64,000 nt of DNA from Cellvibrionales bacterium. Its GTDB lineage: Bacteria; Pseudomonadota; Gammaproteobacteria; Pseudomonadales; JAHEIH01. The position numbers were made by a program, and so were the translations under genes. A model generated the notes under the pieces. That model made no database searches. It saw only the letters and a list, made by a program, of their open reading frames with translations, and was not told the DNA's origin. The DNA is taken from assembly GCA_024639455.1 (NCBI GenBank), contig JAHEIH010000006.1, positions 44,411-108,410 on the forward strand, given 5' to 3'. Positions 10,307-20,062 of this stretch are shown here, piece by piece. Every line of letters begins with the position of its first letter. Position 1 is the stretch's first letter.

Positions 10307-11632
10307 ATGTCAGAACTAGCATCGCTCTTTGCCGAACACTTCACCCAATTGCGCCAGCGCTACGACGCCATATTGGCAGAGACCCAATACGATGCCTTGC
10401 AGGTGTATTCTGGACACACGGCGGTGGCTTTTCTAGACGACCGGCACTACCCATTCAAAATCAACCCGCATTTTAACGCCCTGTTGCCTGCCAGTGAGGC
10501 GTATGCGCAAAGCTGGGTGATCTACCAGCCTGGTCATACACCCAAGGCCTTTATCTATTTACCTGATGACTACTGGCACAGCTATCCTCCGATTGGAAAC
10601 GATGTGTGGACGGATCATTTCGACGTTCACGTGGTTACCGATTTAGCGGATATGGCAAGCGTCATTGCCTGTGAGGGACGGGTGGCCACTATTGGCGAGC
10701 TAGATAGTCGCCATGCACAATGGCCCACAGGTGACATAAACCCCGAGCTCTTACTCCATCGACTGCATTGGCACCGCGCTATTAAATCGCCCTTCGAAAT
10801 TGCCTGTCTTGCGGAAGCAAATTGTATTGCCGCGCGTGCTCACGCCGCCGCTGCTACTGCTTTCCGTGATGGAGAAAGTGAATTTGGTATCCATATCGCT
10901 TACTGTAAAGCCGCCGGACAGTCTGAGGACGTGTTGCCCTATGACAATCTGATCTGTATCAATGAGCATGGAGCCGTGCTGCACTATTCTCGTCGTGAGC
11001 ACGATGTCGACAGCCCGAGACGGAGTTTTTTAATTGATGCTGGCGCCAGTTATCGCGGTTATTGTTCGGATATTACCCGTACCTATGCGGCATCTAACGG
11101 ACTTTTTGCGGACGTAATTGCCGCATTAGACGCACTCCAATTAGAGATTGTCGACAAGGTGCGCGATGGCACCGCCTATCTTGATTTACATCGCTCAACC
11201 CATGCGGGAATCTGCCGTATTCTTGTGGATCACGGCGTGTTTACCTGTCATGCTGAAGAGGCGTTTGCAAAAGGGCTGAGCGAAACGTTTTTCCCACACG
11301 GATTAGGGCATTTCCTCGGTTTGCAGGTGCACGATATTGGTGGGCAGCAAACGGCCTACGAGGGTGGCAGAACACCGCCACCGGCGGAGTACCCAGCACT
11401 GCGTACCACACGTGAGATTCGTCAGGGCCAGGTGTTGACCATTGAACCCGGCATTTATTTTATTGATAGCTTGTTAGCCAAGTTGCACGCTTCGGTGCAC
11501 GCCAATCTTGTTGACTGGCAAGTAGTAGAATTTTTGCGTCCTTACGGTGGCATTCGAATTGAAGACGATGTCGTGGTAACAGATGGGGCTCCACGCAACC
11601 TCTCTCGAGAAGCCTTTGCTGGCTTAAATTAA
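10307..11632 (+). CDS. pepQ: Xaa-Pro dipeptidase (prolidase)
   Basis: Collinear resemblance to E. coli PepQ (441 vs 443 aa). Metal-ligand blocks LIDAGA..Y.GY.SDITRT, HGLGHFLGLQVHD, EPGIYF and GGIRIED. Confidence 0.9.
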   Translation: MSELASLFAEHFTQLRQRYDAILAETQYDALQVYSGHTAVAFLDDRHYPFKINPHFNALLPASEAYAQSWVIYQPGHTPKAFIYLPDDYWHSYPPIGNDVWTDHFDVHVVTDLADMASVIACEGRVATIGELDSRHAQWPTGDINPELLLHRLHWHRAIKSPFEIACLAEANCIAARAHAAAATAFRDGESEFGIHIAYCKAAGQSEDVLPYDNLICINEHGAVLHYSRREHDVDSPRRSFLIDAGASYRGYCSDITRTYAASNGLFADVIAALDALQLEIVDKVRDGTAYLDLHRSTHAGICRILVDHGVFTCHAEEAFAKGLSETFFPHGLGHFLGLQVHDIGGQQTAYEGGRTPPPAEYPALRTTREIRQGQVLTIEPGIYFIDSLLAKLHASVHANLVDWQVVEFLRPYGGIRIEDDVVVTDGAPRNLSREAFAGLN

Positions 11633-12543
11633 GCCTTTTGATGTGTGCCGGATCCGCGGAATATTGAGCGGTTGCGGCCACTATCCTTGGCTTCGTATAG
11701 TGCTTGATCGGCAGAGTTGAGAAGTTCGTCAATATTGCCGAAGGTGATGTCGTTCTGACACACCCCCATACTAATACTACAATTGAAGCTGACGCCTTCT
11801 CCAACGATTGGGGTGCGTTCTACGTTACTGCGAATGTTCTCCGCTAGGATGTTGATTTCGTCATTGTTTTGACCGTTGATGGCGATTGCAAATTCTTCTC
11901 CCCCAAGGCGAGCGAAGCAGGCACCCTGGGGCAATACTGACGCAATCGCAGAGGTGACTTCTTTTAGCGCGATATCCCCTAAAGCGTGACCATATTTGTC
12001 ATTAATTCGCTTAAAGTGATCGATGTCTAGCATGATGGTATACATGCTATCTCTGGGGTTCTCGTTAAACATTTCCTTGGCAATTTCGAAAAAACGGCGG
12101 CGATTAAAAATGCCTGTCATTTGATCGTGTGAGGCAATGTACTCCAACTTCTTTAAAGTGAAGTAAAATTTAAGTTGGAACTCTACCCGCGCCTTTAGCT
12201 CGCGAGGCAAAAAGGGCTTGGTGACATAGTCGTGAGCACCCACGTCATAAGCCTTCTCGATACTGTCTTCATCTTGTCTAGCGGTGAGGAAAATAATCGG
12301 TATCTCCTTTAGTTCGGGATTGGCGCGTACTTTTTCACACACTTGGTACCCGTTCATTTCGGGCATCATGACATCAAGTAAAATGAGGTCGATGTGTTCT
12401 TCCGTGAGAATCTCTAGTGCTTCCGCGCCCGATGTACAGGGAATAATGTCATAGCAATCCAGAATTCCTAACACGGTACGAATATTTTCTTCTATGTCAT
12501 CTACCAGCAGGATAGTTCCAGAAATGGCCGCATGGTCAATCAT
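11629..12543 (-). CDS. response regulator with diguanylate cyclase output (REC-GGDEF)
   Basis: REC (ILLVDD ... LILLDVMMPEMNG ... TKPF) followed by a GGDEF domain with active-site RLGGEEFAI. Its start overlaps the kinase stop by 8 nt. Confidence 0.88.
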   Translation of the reverse strand: MIDHAAISGTILLVDDIEENIRTVLGILDCYDIIPCTSGAEALEILTEEHIDLILLDVMMPEMNGYQVCEKVRANPELKEIPIIFLTARQDEDSIEKAYDVGAHDYVTKPFLPRELKARVEFQLKFYFTLKKLEYIASHDQMTGIFNRRRFFEIAKEMFNENPRDSMYTIMLDIDHFKRINDKYGHALGDIALKEVTSAIASVLPQGACFARLGGEEFAIAINGQNNDEINILAENIRSNVERTPIVGEGVSFNCSISMGVCQNDITFGNIDELLNSADQALYEAKDSGRNRSIFRGSGTHQKA

Positions 12544-15500
12544 TCAAAAAGGTCTCCAAAATGTTAATCGCATCGGCGTATTCGAAACGTTCGATCATTG
12601 TGCACATATGATCCAGTTTAGACGCCTGCTCGGGCGGTAAATTAACCGATTTAATGTAGTTCAAGATAGGATTAATTTGTTTAGGTCGGCGCCGTTTAAG
12701 CGCCGTAAATAAGTCGTTCAAGGCGTTTGAAAATTCGCTTTGATCGAAGTCTACCTTAGCTGTTTTTTGTGTGTCGTGAAGGTCTAATTTCTTAAGTTCT
12801 GCCAGCACTTGATTCAGCTGGTTTTGCACATCTTCCAGAAGGTTTTGCTCAGGGTTGTCAAACATTTTCTGTGCAATGTCAGAGAGGTTGTTAGCGCCAA
12901 TACTGGCGGCGATGCCTTTCAGACTGTGCATGGCAAGTGACAAAGTTTCTGATTGCTGGTTGTTATATAGTTCGACGAAATCGTTGCCGGCGTCGTTATA
13001 CTTTTTGAGAAAACTATTGAGCAATGATAGATAGAGCTCGCTGTCGCCGCCACTGTGCTTTAAACCGGCTGTCGTATCTATCGTGATCATATTGGGAACA
13101 CGCTGTTTATGAGTTTGCTGAATCGCTGGTTTTACATCTTGTTTTGGTTCAATGTAGCTTAAAACAATGTCATAGAAGTCTTTGACCTCTATCGGCTTAG
13201 CCAGCACAGCATTGGCCCCCGCCGTGAAGAACTTCTGTTTTGTGGTGACTTCAGTATCACCACTCAATACCACAATAGAAAGGTCTGGAAAACGTTGTCG
13301 CAGCCATTGGCAGGCCTCCAGACCATTCATCTTAGGCATGTGATAATCGACAAACACTAATTCGTAGGGTGTTTGTAATTCGGCGGCCTGTAAAACTTTT
13401 TCAGTGAGGTCTTCGCCATCGATAGCTTCGGCCACTTCGATATTAGATTTCTGTAACAACCCAGATACCACTTGGCGGTTGAACAGGTTGTCGTCCGCAA
13501 CGATGACCCTTGACCCTGAGCGTGTTGCCATTTCTTGGCGTAACTCATCTAAGTTCGAGTTTTTCTCAGCGTTTTGTTCCCCTGTGAGCATGCGAAGTAA
13601 GACTTTTTCCAACCGAATCGGGTTGATAGGTTTTTGTACATATGTATTTTGCGAATTCGGATCACTTTTCTCTGGCGTTTTACCCATAGGATAAATGAGA
13701 CAGACAGGGGTTTTAGGATAGGCGGATGCCAATTGGGTGATCATTTCTGTATCTAGGGCGCTTCGTTCTCGTTTTTCCACCGCATAAAGAATGATATCGA
13801 CCTGGCTGATATGCTCGCGCATATAGGTCTCATAACTGATCACTTCTAACCCTAGGTACTGCATAGCATGGTTAAAGGCGCTGCGAGACAGGTCATTGCG
13901 TTCGATCAGCAGTGCTTTGTGCCCGTGTAGCTTTTTGCTTTCTTGCGCGTCATTGACCCGTTTCATATCTAGTTCAATGGTAAAGGTGGTGCCAGCCCCT
14001 TTTTCACTATGGACAATGATATTGCCGTTCATCGCTTCGATGATTTGTTTGCTGATCACCAAACCTAGGCCTGTTCCTCCAAAACGCCTCGTAGTACTAG
14101 CGTCGGCTTGGCTAAACGCACGGAAAAGACGAGATTGTTCCTCCTCGGTCATACCGATGCCGGAGTCGTGGATTTTTATACGTAAGCGTTGGATATTAAT
14201 GGCTTCAACGGTGACGCCAACGTGGCCCACTTGGGTAAACTTCACAGCATTGTTCAGCAGGTTGGTGATCACTTGCCCTAAGCGCAATGGGTCGCCATGG
14301 TAGTAGCGGCTAACGTAGCTGTCAAAATGAGTGAATATTTCGATACCCTTGGCATGCGCCTGCGCCTGCAGCATAGATACGCAATCTGACACAACTTGGA
14401 ATAGATCGAGTTTGGTTGATTCGATGGTCATTTGGCCGGCTTCGATTTTTGAGAAATCCAAAATGTCATTAATGATGGCAAGAAGCTTTTTCGAGCTCAA
14501 ATTGATGCTTTCAAGGTATTCAGCTTGCTGATCCGATAGTTCGCTATGGCGCATGAGATAGGTCATGCCGAGCACTGCATTAATCGGCGTTCTAATTTCG
14601 TGCGATATGTTGGCGATAAAGTTGCTTCGTATTTGCACCATTTCCTCAGCTTTTTCTTTAGAGAACTCAAGTTCCTTGTTCATTGCATTGAGTTCTTGAG
14701 TGCGCTCCAAAATACGCCGCTCGAGTTGTTCGCTGAGCTCTTTGTAGTCGTTCAGTATTTTGCGGTTTTCGACGTTTTTCTGTTTGAATGTTCGTGCTGC
14801 TTTAGTTAAATCGCCAATTTCATCATCTTTGGGGTAACTGGGAATGATGCTTTTGCCTGAGCCCTCTGATAGCTCATTGAAGACGCGAGTGATAGTGGTA
14901 ATCGGATTGGTAATGGTTAGGGTAATCAAATATGACAACACCGCTTGTACCAACAGGGCAATCATGCTGACCAAGAGTATCCACGTCACCAATCTAGAAA
15001 GGTACTGATCTATGGTTTCTCGCTGCCGGTGGAGGTTTTCAGTGATCTGCGTCTCGCGTATATCAGATTGATAGAGGATCTCATTGGCTTCGGCAGCCAG
15101 AATAACGTTGACTAAATACAGAAATCCTCGCGTCTCTTCCACCGCGATATTAAAGGTATCAGTATAGTGCGCGACAAGTTCAGTGACATGATCTATCTGT
15201 GATCGTAGTGCGTCATTTTTTATAGACTGCTTGAGATCGATGAGTTGTTGGTAAGCTTGGCGCTGCATATTACGCGCTTGGATCAGAGAGGTATTCTCAT
15301 AGCGCCTAAAGTAGGCATTGCCTTGGTTGCTCGATTGCATGAGTATGACCAATGTATTTGAGGCCAATAAGGCATGGTCGCTTTTATCTATATTTAGATT
15401 ATCAATCAGCCTATCCATGGCTATTTCTATCTCTAACACTTGTTCGGGAAGAATTAGGCTAGTGGATCGGCGGCGTTTTTCACGCAATGAACGCAGTTGG

Positions 15501-15865
15501 TTAAAGCCTCGATAGTAAGCGTCAAGGCTTTTTATCGTGTCTTCGGTGTTGGTGATAGAAAAATCTGAGGTGTAGAGTTTTTTGCGGATATTTTCGTAAT
15601 AAAAATCGACTCTTTCCGTAGCGGATAAATTACCATTATACGTAAAGTTGAGAGCCGCCAAGTGCAATTGATATATATTATCGCTAATTTGCGAGTCAGT
15701 TATGATGCGTGAGGTGAAAAGCGCGTGCTCTTTAAGTTCTTGCTTGGCCGAAGAAAGACCATAATAGGTCATCGAAAGAATACACACGGCAGTCAGCGCG
15801 ATCATCAACAAGTTAAGATAGATGCGAGGTCGCAGTGATAGCCATTTAATGAGCAGATTAATCAT
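12536..15865 (-). CDS. hybrid sensor histidine kinase (2 TM + ~250-aa periplasmic domain, HAMP, HisKA, HATPase, REC, Hpt)
   Basis: H-box SHEIRTPINAVLGM. N/G boxes NLLNNAVKFT, DSGIGM, GGTGLGLVISK. Receiver VIVADDN...VFVDYHMPKMNG...KP. C-terminal Hpt MHSLKGIAASIG. Confidence 0.9.
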   Translation of the reverse strand: MINLLIKWLSLRPRIYLNLLMIALTAVCILSMTYYGLSSAKQELKEHALFTSRIITDSQISDNIYQLHLAALNFTYNGNLSATERVDFYYENIRKKLYTSDFSITNTEDTIKSLDAYYRGFNQLRSLREKRRRSTSLILPEQVLEIEIAMDRLIDNLNIDKSDHALLASNTLVILMQSSNQGNAYFRRYENTSLIQARNMQRQAYQQLIDLKQSIKNDALRSQIDHVTELVAHYTDTFNIAVEETRGFLYLVNVILAAEANEILYQSDIRETQITENLHRQRETIDQYLSRLVTWILLVSMIALLVQAVLSYLITLTITNPITTITRVFNELSEGSGKSIIPSYPKDDEIGDLTKAARTFKQKNVENRKILNDYKELSEQLERRILERTQELNAMNKELEFSKEKAEEMVQIRSNFIANISHEIRTPINAVLGMTYLMRHSELSDQQAEYLESINLSSKKLLAIINDILDFSKIEAGQMTIESTKLDLFQVVSDCVSMLQAQAHAKGIEIFTHFDSYVSRYYHGDPLRLGQVITNLLNNAVKFTQVGHVGVTVEAINIQRLRIKIHDSGIGMTEEEQSRLFRAFSQADASTTRRFGGTGLGLVISKQIIEAMNGNIIVHSEKGAGTTFTIELDMKRVNDAQESKKLHGHKALLIERNDLSRSAFNHAMQYLGLEVISYETYMREHISQVDIILYAVEKRERSALDTEMITQLASAYPKTPVCLIYPMGKTPEKSDPNSQNTYVQKPINPIRLEKVLLRMLTGEQNAEKNSNLDELRQEMATRSGSRVIVADDNLFNRQVVSGLLQKSNIEVAEAIDGEDLTEKVLQAAELQTPYELVFVDYHMPKMNGLEACQWLRQRFPDLSIVVLSGDTEVTTKQKFFTAGANAVLAKPIEVKDFYDIVLSYIEPKQDVKPAIQQTHKQRVPNMITIDTTAGLKHSGGDSELYLSLLNSFLKKYNDAGNDFVELYNNQQSETLSLAMHSLKGIAASIGANNLSDIAQKMFDNPEQNLLEDVQNQLNQVLAELKKLDLHDTQKTAKVDFDQSEFSNALNDLFTALKRRRPKQINPILNYIKSVNLPPEQASKLDHMCTMIERFEYADAINILETFLND

Positions 15866-15868
15866 AGG

Positions 15869-17122
15869 CTAAGTAAATAGGAACTCGTTCCACTTGGTGA
15901 GTGAGTATTCATAGTTCGGCATAACAGTGTTCCACACAGCGATATTTTCAAAACGCTTGACATAACTTCCGCCGCTTCTCACTTCACCTTCGCGAACCGA
16001 AACACTGCCATCGGTGCCGAGTAAGGGCTCTGCTGCGGGTTGGCCGTCATACCAATAGTCCCATTCGGCTTGACTCATGAAAGGCTTAGAAATTTGTGGG
16101 TTTGAAATGTAGTAGCCTTGTTTGGCGATATAGGCACCAGGCCAGCCCGAAAGCCACCAATTCATAAATTTATAGGCCATTTCCTCTCGTTCACTTTCGA
16201 CATTGCGAGATAGGCACATTACCCCGTGCCAGGCGCGATAACCTTCCTTTGGTGCGGCGTATCTGCAAGGAATACCCATACCTTTTAGTGCCGAGACCCC
16301 GGGCGAAAACATACTTTGTATAACCACTTCATTTTTGGCCATTAATTCGACCGAGCGTGGTACGGAACTCCATACCCCGCGAAAGTGACGATTAGCTTGA
16401 AGTCTCGCTAAGATATCGAATAAATCGTCAAGTTCTTGTCGAGTAAGGTTGCCAATGTCTTTAAAATGAATAAGGTCTCGCGCTTGAGCGGCGAGGGCGA
16501 GGTCAAATAATCCAATGGTGGGTTCATTTATGATGGCAACCTTGCCGCGGTAATGTTGATCAAACAACCACCCCCAACTCTCTGTCTCATAGGCGACGCC
16601 CTCTGGTATGTAACGGGTGTTATAGCCAAATGAGTCAGTGTTGTGTACGTAGGGTAAAAAGCTAATTTGGTTGGAGGGGGTGCTGCCGAGACCTCCATCG
16701 GGTTGCTCGTATAGCAATTTGTAAGGAGCATCTCCGTAACCGAAGTTGGCCGCTGGGGAGATCTTGCCCGTTTTGGTGAGACTGTTGATGTTGTCCCACT
16801 GAGTTATCTTGGTGCGGTCGATACTTTTGATGGAGTTGGCGTCCCAAAGTACGCGCAACGAGTTGGACCACTGTTCGTAAATATCAAAGCTGCTAGGATT
16901 AGTGGCGGCCTTTAATAATACCTCGGCACTACCGCCGGGATAAAACTCAAGGTTGATATCGAGGGCGCGTTCAGCTTCCTGTCGCAGCGTTTCTTGCAGA
17001 GTGACGTGGGTGCCTAGAACACGTAAGGTAGGGCGGCGGTTATAGGCTTTGGCGATGTAGGGAAACGACATTGCCCCAACAGCGGCAGCGCCAGCCTTTA
17101 ACACCTGTCGTCTTGATGCCAT
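15869..17122 (-). CDS. Tat-signal periplasmic solute-binding protein, PotD/PotF-like (family 1 SBP)
   Basis: N-terminus MASRRQVLKAGAAAVGAMSFPYIAKA matches the twin-arginine consensus S-R-R-x-x-L-K. The mature part has an SBP-like length and W/Y-rich composition. No ABC permease or ATPase is adjacent. Its stop lies 3 nt before the kinase start. Confidence 0.7.
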   Translation of the reverse strand: MASRRQVLKAGAAAVGAMSFPYIAKAYNRRPTLRVLGTHVTLQETLRQEAERALDINLEFYPGGSAEVLLKAATNPSSFDIYEQWSNSLRVLWDANSIKSIDRTKITQWDNINSLTKTGKISPAANFGYGDAPYKLLYEQPDGGLGSTPSNQISFLPYVHNTDSFGYNTRYIPEGVAYETESWGWLFDQHYRGKVAIINEPTIGLFDLALAAQARDLIHFKDIGNLTRQELDDLFDILARLQANRHFRGVWSSVPRSVELMAKNEVVIQSMFSPGVSALKGMGIPCRYAAPKEGYRAWHGVMCLSRNVESEREEMAYKFMNWWLSGWPGAYIAKQGYYISNPQISKPFMSQAEWDYWYDGQPAAEPLLGTDGSVSVREGEVRSGGSYVKRFENIAVWNTVMPNYEYSLTKWNEFLFT

Positions 17123-17347
17123 GAAAAACCTCCCTCGTTTCCCAAAGAGCGTAGCATATCTCTAGTTTTTCACCACTTACTGACTTTAAATAACAGCGAT
17201 GATAGATAAATAAAGATTTTGATGTGGATTTAAGACAACACTGGGATGGGACTTTACAAGCTTGGCGCCCTTAGACTGTGATCATCGTTCCGAGACAGGG
17301 CGTATAGTTATGTGTTGTATAAATCAATAAAGGTTGCAAAAAAAACG

Positions 17348-18685
17348 ATGAAATTACTCGTTAACGTTGTTGTGTTAGCTGGCCTTTTGAGTGCCTGTGG
17401 CGGAGGTGTCGGCGGCTCGTTTAGTGACAATACGCCGTCGCCCACTCCCGCTGACCCCGCACCGACATCGCCGCCGACCCCCAGCTACTCAGTATCTTCC
17501 TATCAGTCATCCATCTACGCTGACGTTCTCCCCCGTTGTGTGTTGGCAGAAACCCGTAGCGATGCCTGTAGACTTGCCAGTTTGCCTTTGATTGGTGCAG
17601 AAGGGCCAGTGACACGTAGCGCGGTAATGCAGCGGGTTGCCGTGAGTCACCCTTGGATGGGTGAGCGTTTTGAGGCGTTATTAGAGCGATTACCCGATGA
17701 AATTGTGCATTTATTTGGTGCCGTGAGTGCTGTGGTCGTTTCCTACGATATTCGCCCTTCGTATTACTGGCGTCTTACCAACGCTATCTATTTGGATCCA
17801 GCCGACCTATGGTTAACCAACGAAGAAAAGGCCACCATTTTGACCGATCCTGATTACCGCGCGGGCTTTGGCAGCGAGATACAATTTATTTCCATTTGGG
17901 ATTACTTGTTAAATGGGGAGTTCGCTTGGGATTACTATCCCTTAGACGGCCCCGAAGAGCGGACTCTAGACGATATTGTGCTGACCAATGCGCAACTGAT
18001 TCTTCACGAACTCGCCCATGCCAATGATGTTTTTCCACCGCGCTATTGGAATAGTTTTGATACCTCTAAAAAGCCTGATTTGGCCGCGCAAGATGTTATT
18101 GATCGTTGGGCTTCGGTCAAGCTCGATGCTCAGTACCCGTTAACCTCCAGTTTGATGTTTGACGTGGGAGACGTCTTGTTCCAGGGAGAGAGCGCTAGCG
18201 AAGAAATCAAGGCATTGACAGCGGCGGATCTTGGCGCCGCGATGGAGCCCGATGGTGCCAACGATGACTACAACTATTCAACGATACGCGAAGACGTAGC
18301 GATGTTATTTGAGGAAGCTATGATGTCTTATCTCTACGGTAGCGATAGGGTGGTTGCTTTTTTGGATAGACCACAGGTTGATGATCCATCTTGCAATGAT
18401 TACCTTACCGGTTGGGGGCAGCGTGGTCGTATTGCATCGACACAAATACAACCTCGTGTGGCCTTGGTGATCGACCATATTTTGCCAGAACTTGACCTTA
18501 GTGGCGTAATAGACAGCTTTCCGCCGGTACTCGCCTTCCAACAAGGTGTCGGCTACTGCGCCAATATCCTCGCCACTAATGCCGATCGCAGTAGCATTGC
18601 TAATATCGTTCCCCGTGTGGACCGCGCAGTAGCACCGTTAAAATTGTCACCGCGCTTTCATAAAGACAGGCTACGCTTACAGTAA
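17348..18685 (+). CDS. putative secreted/lipoprotein zinc metallopeptidase-like protein (HExxH)
   Basis: MKLLVNVVVLAGLLSAC-GG lipobox, then a Pro-rich linker (PSPTPADPAPTSPPTPS). A single LILHELAHAND (HExxH) motif. The start could instead be GTG 17312 as in the ORF track. Confidence 0.55.
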   Translation: MKLLVNVVVLAGLLSACGGGVGGSFSDNTPSPTPADPAPTSPPTPSYSVSSYQSSIYADVLPRCVLAETRSDACRLASLPLIGAEGPVTRSAVMQRVAVSHPWMGERFEALLERLPDEIVHLFGAVSAVVVSYDIRPSYYWRLTNAIYLDPADLWLTNEEKATILTDPDYRAGFGSEIQFISIWDYLLNGEFAWDYYPLDGPEERTLDDIVLTNAQLILHELAHANDVFPPRYWNSFDTSKKPDLAAQDVIDRWASVKLDAQYPLTSSLMFDVGDVLFQGESASEEIKALTAADLGAAMEPDGANDDYNYSTIREDVAMLFEEAMMSYLYGSDRVVAFLDRPQVDDPSCNDYLTGWGQRGRIASTQIQPRVALVIDHILPELDLSGVIDSFPPVLAFQQGVGYCANILATNADRSSIANIVPRVDRAVAPLKLSPRFHKDRLRLQ

Positions 18686-18703
18686 ATCTAGGAGGGATTT
18701 ACT

Positions 18704-20062
18704 ATGACCCGTAGTGATCGTATTAGTACTTCATTTTCGCCCACAGGGAGCCTCAACCTATTGTCCCGAAGCGAAGTAGAGCGGTTGTTGGATGTTAGCA
18801 ACTCAGGCCTGCATCGTCTGTTTAGAAATTGTGCTTTGGCGGTGCTCAACTGCGGTGGTGAAACCGATAACAGCAAGGAGTTATTAGCGGCGTTTCACGA
18901 TTTTGATATCAACGTGGTGCGCCAGGAGCGTGGTGTCCGTATTGAGTTGGTTAACGCCCCCGAGTCCGCCTTTGTCGATGGCGTGTTGATTCAAGGTATA
19001 AAAGAACACCTGGTGGCGGTAGTGCGCGACCTGCTCTACAGCAGCGAATTACCCCCCTGTATACCTGGTCAGACCACCACCGATCTGGTCTTTAGTCGGT
19101 TGCGTCACGCCCAAGTGTTAAGCGATGTACCTACACCAAACTTAGTGGTTTGTTGGGGCGGCCACTCGATCCCACGTGAAGAATACGAGTACTGCAAAGA
19201 AGTCGGTTACGAAATGGGTCTACGCGGTTTAGATGTTTGCACAGGTTGTGGACCCGGAGCCATGAAAGGGCCAATGAAAGGCGCCGCGGTCAGCAGTGGC
19301 AAGCAGCGCCGAAGTCATGCGCGTTATTTGGGGATCTCTGAACCCGGCATTATTGCCGCGGAGCCTCCCAATCCTATGGTTAACGGCTTGGTCATTATGC
19401 CAGATATCGAAAAGCGACTCGAAGCGTTTGTGCGCATGGCCCATGGCATCATTGTTTTTCCCGGTGGCGTGGGGACAATGGAAGAAATTCTTTATATTCT
19501 TGGCATACTCAGCCACCCAGACAACCAGATTATTCCGCTACCCCTCATCTTTACCGGCCCAGAATCATGCCGTGGTTATTTTGAACAACTCGATGCGTTT
19601 CTGAAAAAGACACTCGGCCTTGATGCCTGTGCTTACTACCGCATTATTGTCGACGACGCCAAGACAGTGGCGCGGCATATGGCGTCGTGTATGGAGCAAG
19701 TGACCGAGTTTCGCCGCTCTACCCATGACGCTTTTAGTTTTAACTGGAAGCTTTTCATCGACGTCCCTTTTCAGGAACCCTTTACCCCGACTCATGAAAA
19801 TATGTCCACGCTAAGACTCGATCCAAGCCGCCCCATGGCCGACTTGGCTTGTGATCTGCGGCGCGCGTTTTCCGGCATTGTCGCGGGTAATGTGAAAGAG
19901 GAGGGTATTCAGGCGATCGAGGAGCACGGCCCCTATATTTTACATGGTGATAAGGCTTTGATGGCGGCGATGGATGAATTGCTAGCGGGTTTTTCTCGAG
20001 ATGGTCGGATGAAATTGGCTGGTGCGGCCTATGAGCCGTGCTATCGAATTGAGAGCGTCTGA
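18704..20062 (+). CDS. ppnN: nucleotide 5'-monophosphate nucleosidase PpnN (LOG-family, YgdH-like)
   Basis: 452 aa, the same size as E. coli PpnN. LOG-family motif PGGVGTMEE and GGGPGAMKGP block. Confidence 0.8.
   Translation: MTRSDRISTSFSPTGSLNLLSRSEVERLLDVSNSGLHRLFRNCALAVLNCGGETDNSKELLAAFHDFDINVVRQERGVRIELVNAPESAFVDGVLIQGIKEHLVAVVRDLLYSSELPPCIPGQTTTDLVFSRLRHAQVLSDVPTPNLVVCWGGHSIPREEYEYCKEVGYEMGLRGLDVCTGCGPGAMKGPMKGAAVSSGKQRRSHARYLGISEPGIIAAEPPNPMVNGLVIMPDIEKRLEAFVRMAHGIIVFPGGVGTMEEILYILGILSHPDNQIIPLPLIFTGPESCRGYFEQLDAFLKKTLGLDACAYYRIIVDDAKTVARHMASCMEQVTEFRRSTHDAFSFNWKLFIDVPFQEPFTPTHENMSTLRLDPSRPMADLACDLRRAFSGIVAGNVKEEGIQAIEEHGPYILHGDKALMAAMDELLAGFSRDGRMKLAGAAYEPCYRIESV

Noticed and set aside
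11621-11635. Palindrome ggcttaa-a-ttaagcc at the convergent pepQ/GGDEF stop codons, as a possible regulatory site
   Set aside because: It is explained by two overlapping stop codons (TAA on each strand) and is too short and AT-rich to act as a terminator. It is noted only as a 4-nt convergent overlap.
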